64,000 bases of DNA from Macrostomum lignano (taxonomy: Eukaryota). This document shows positions 63,879-64,000 of the stretch, piece by piece (within the stretch, counting starts at the first letter, position 1; every line of letters begins with the position of its first letter). The stretch lies in contig NIVC01001388.1 of NCBI GenBank assembly GCA_002269645.1, forward strand, positions 234,441-298,440, read 5' to 3'. Below the pieces are notes generated by a model. The model was not told the origin of the DNA, did no database searches, and was given only the letters and a program-made list of their open reading frames with translations. Made by a program: the position numbers and the translations under genes.

Positions 63879-64000
63879 TCGGGCAGTAAACACTTAGGCC
63901 CAGCACAGGGTAACTCTCTCACTCGCTCAGGTGGACTGAGATACTGTGCAGCGGATCACAGCACTCTTAAGGAAAGCTAGTGAATGCTGCTGAATAGCCA

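Overview
This is eukaryotic (animal) genomic DNA with GC-rich, Ala/Gln-rich exons, AT-rich spacers and a large share of tandem repeats. The style resembles a Macrostomum-like flatworm, but that is inference only. I rebuilt four spliced protein-coding genes by hand, checking splice sites and phases. (1) The 3' part of a Scribble/LAP gene (+, 1450-11583), which has only three PDZ domains (PDZ2 apparently missing). (2) A complete two-exon, multiple-cysteine-cluster Toll-like receptor (-, 20841-17201, 897 aa) whose single intron is GC-AG. (3) A seven-exon NFAT5-type Rel-homology transcription factor (-, 51735-43544, about 600 aa) that stops right after its IPT domain. (4) A DUF1399/GRDP-like glycine-rich-domain gene (+, 54246-59924) with two apparent frame breaks. 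Also present: tRNA-Gly(GCC), two large satellites (35-bp, 7.6 kb; 19-bp, 9.6 kb) with kilobase internal duplications, a foldback-like inverted minisatellite pair, MITE-like elements (one is a perfect 47-bp palindrome with an 8-bp target duplication), and an immediate-early-type promoter (TATA, 2 CArG/ETS, 2 E-box, 4 AP-1) with no identifiable gene. The very long ORFs in the supplied track are repeat artefacts. No CRISPR, rRNA or transposase was seen.
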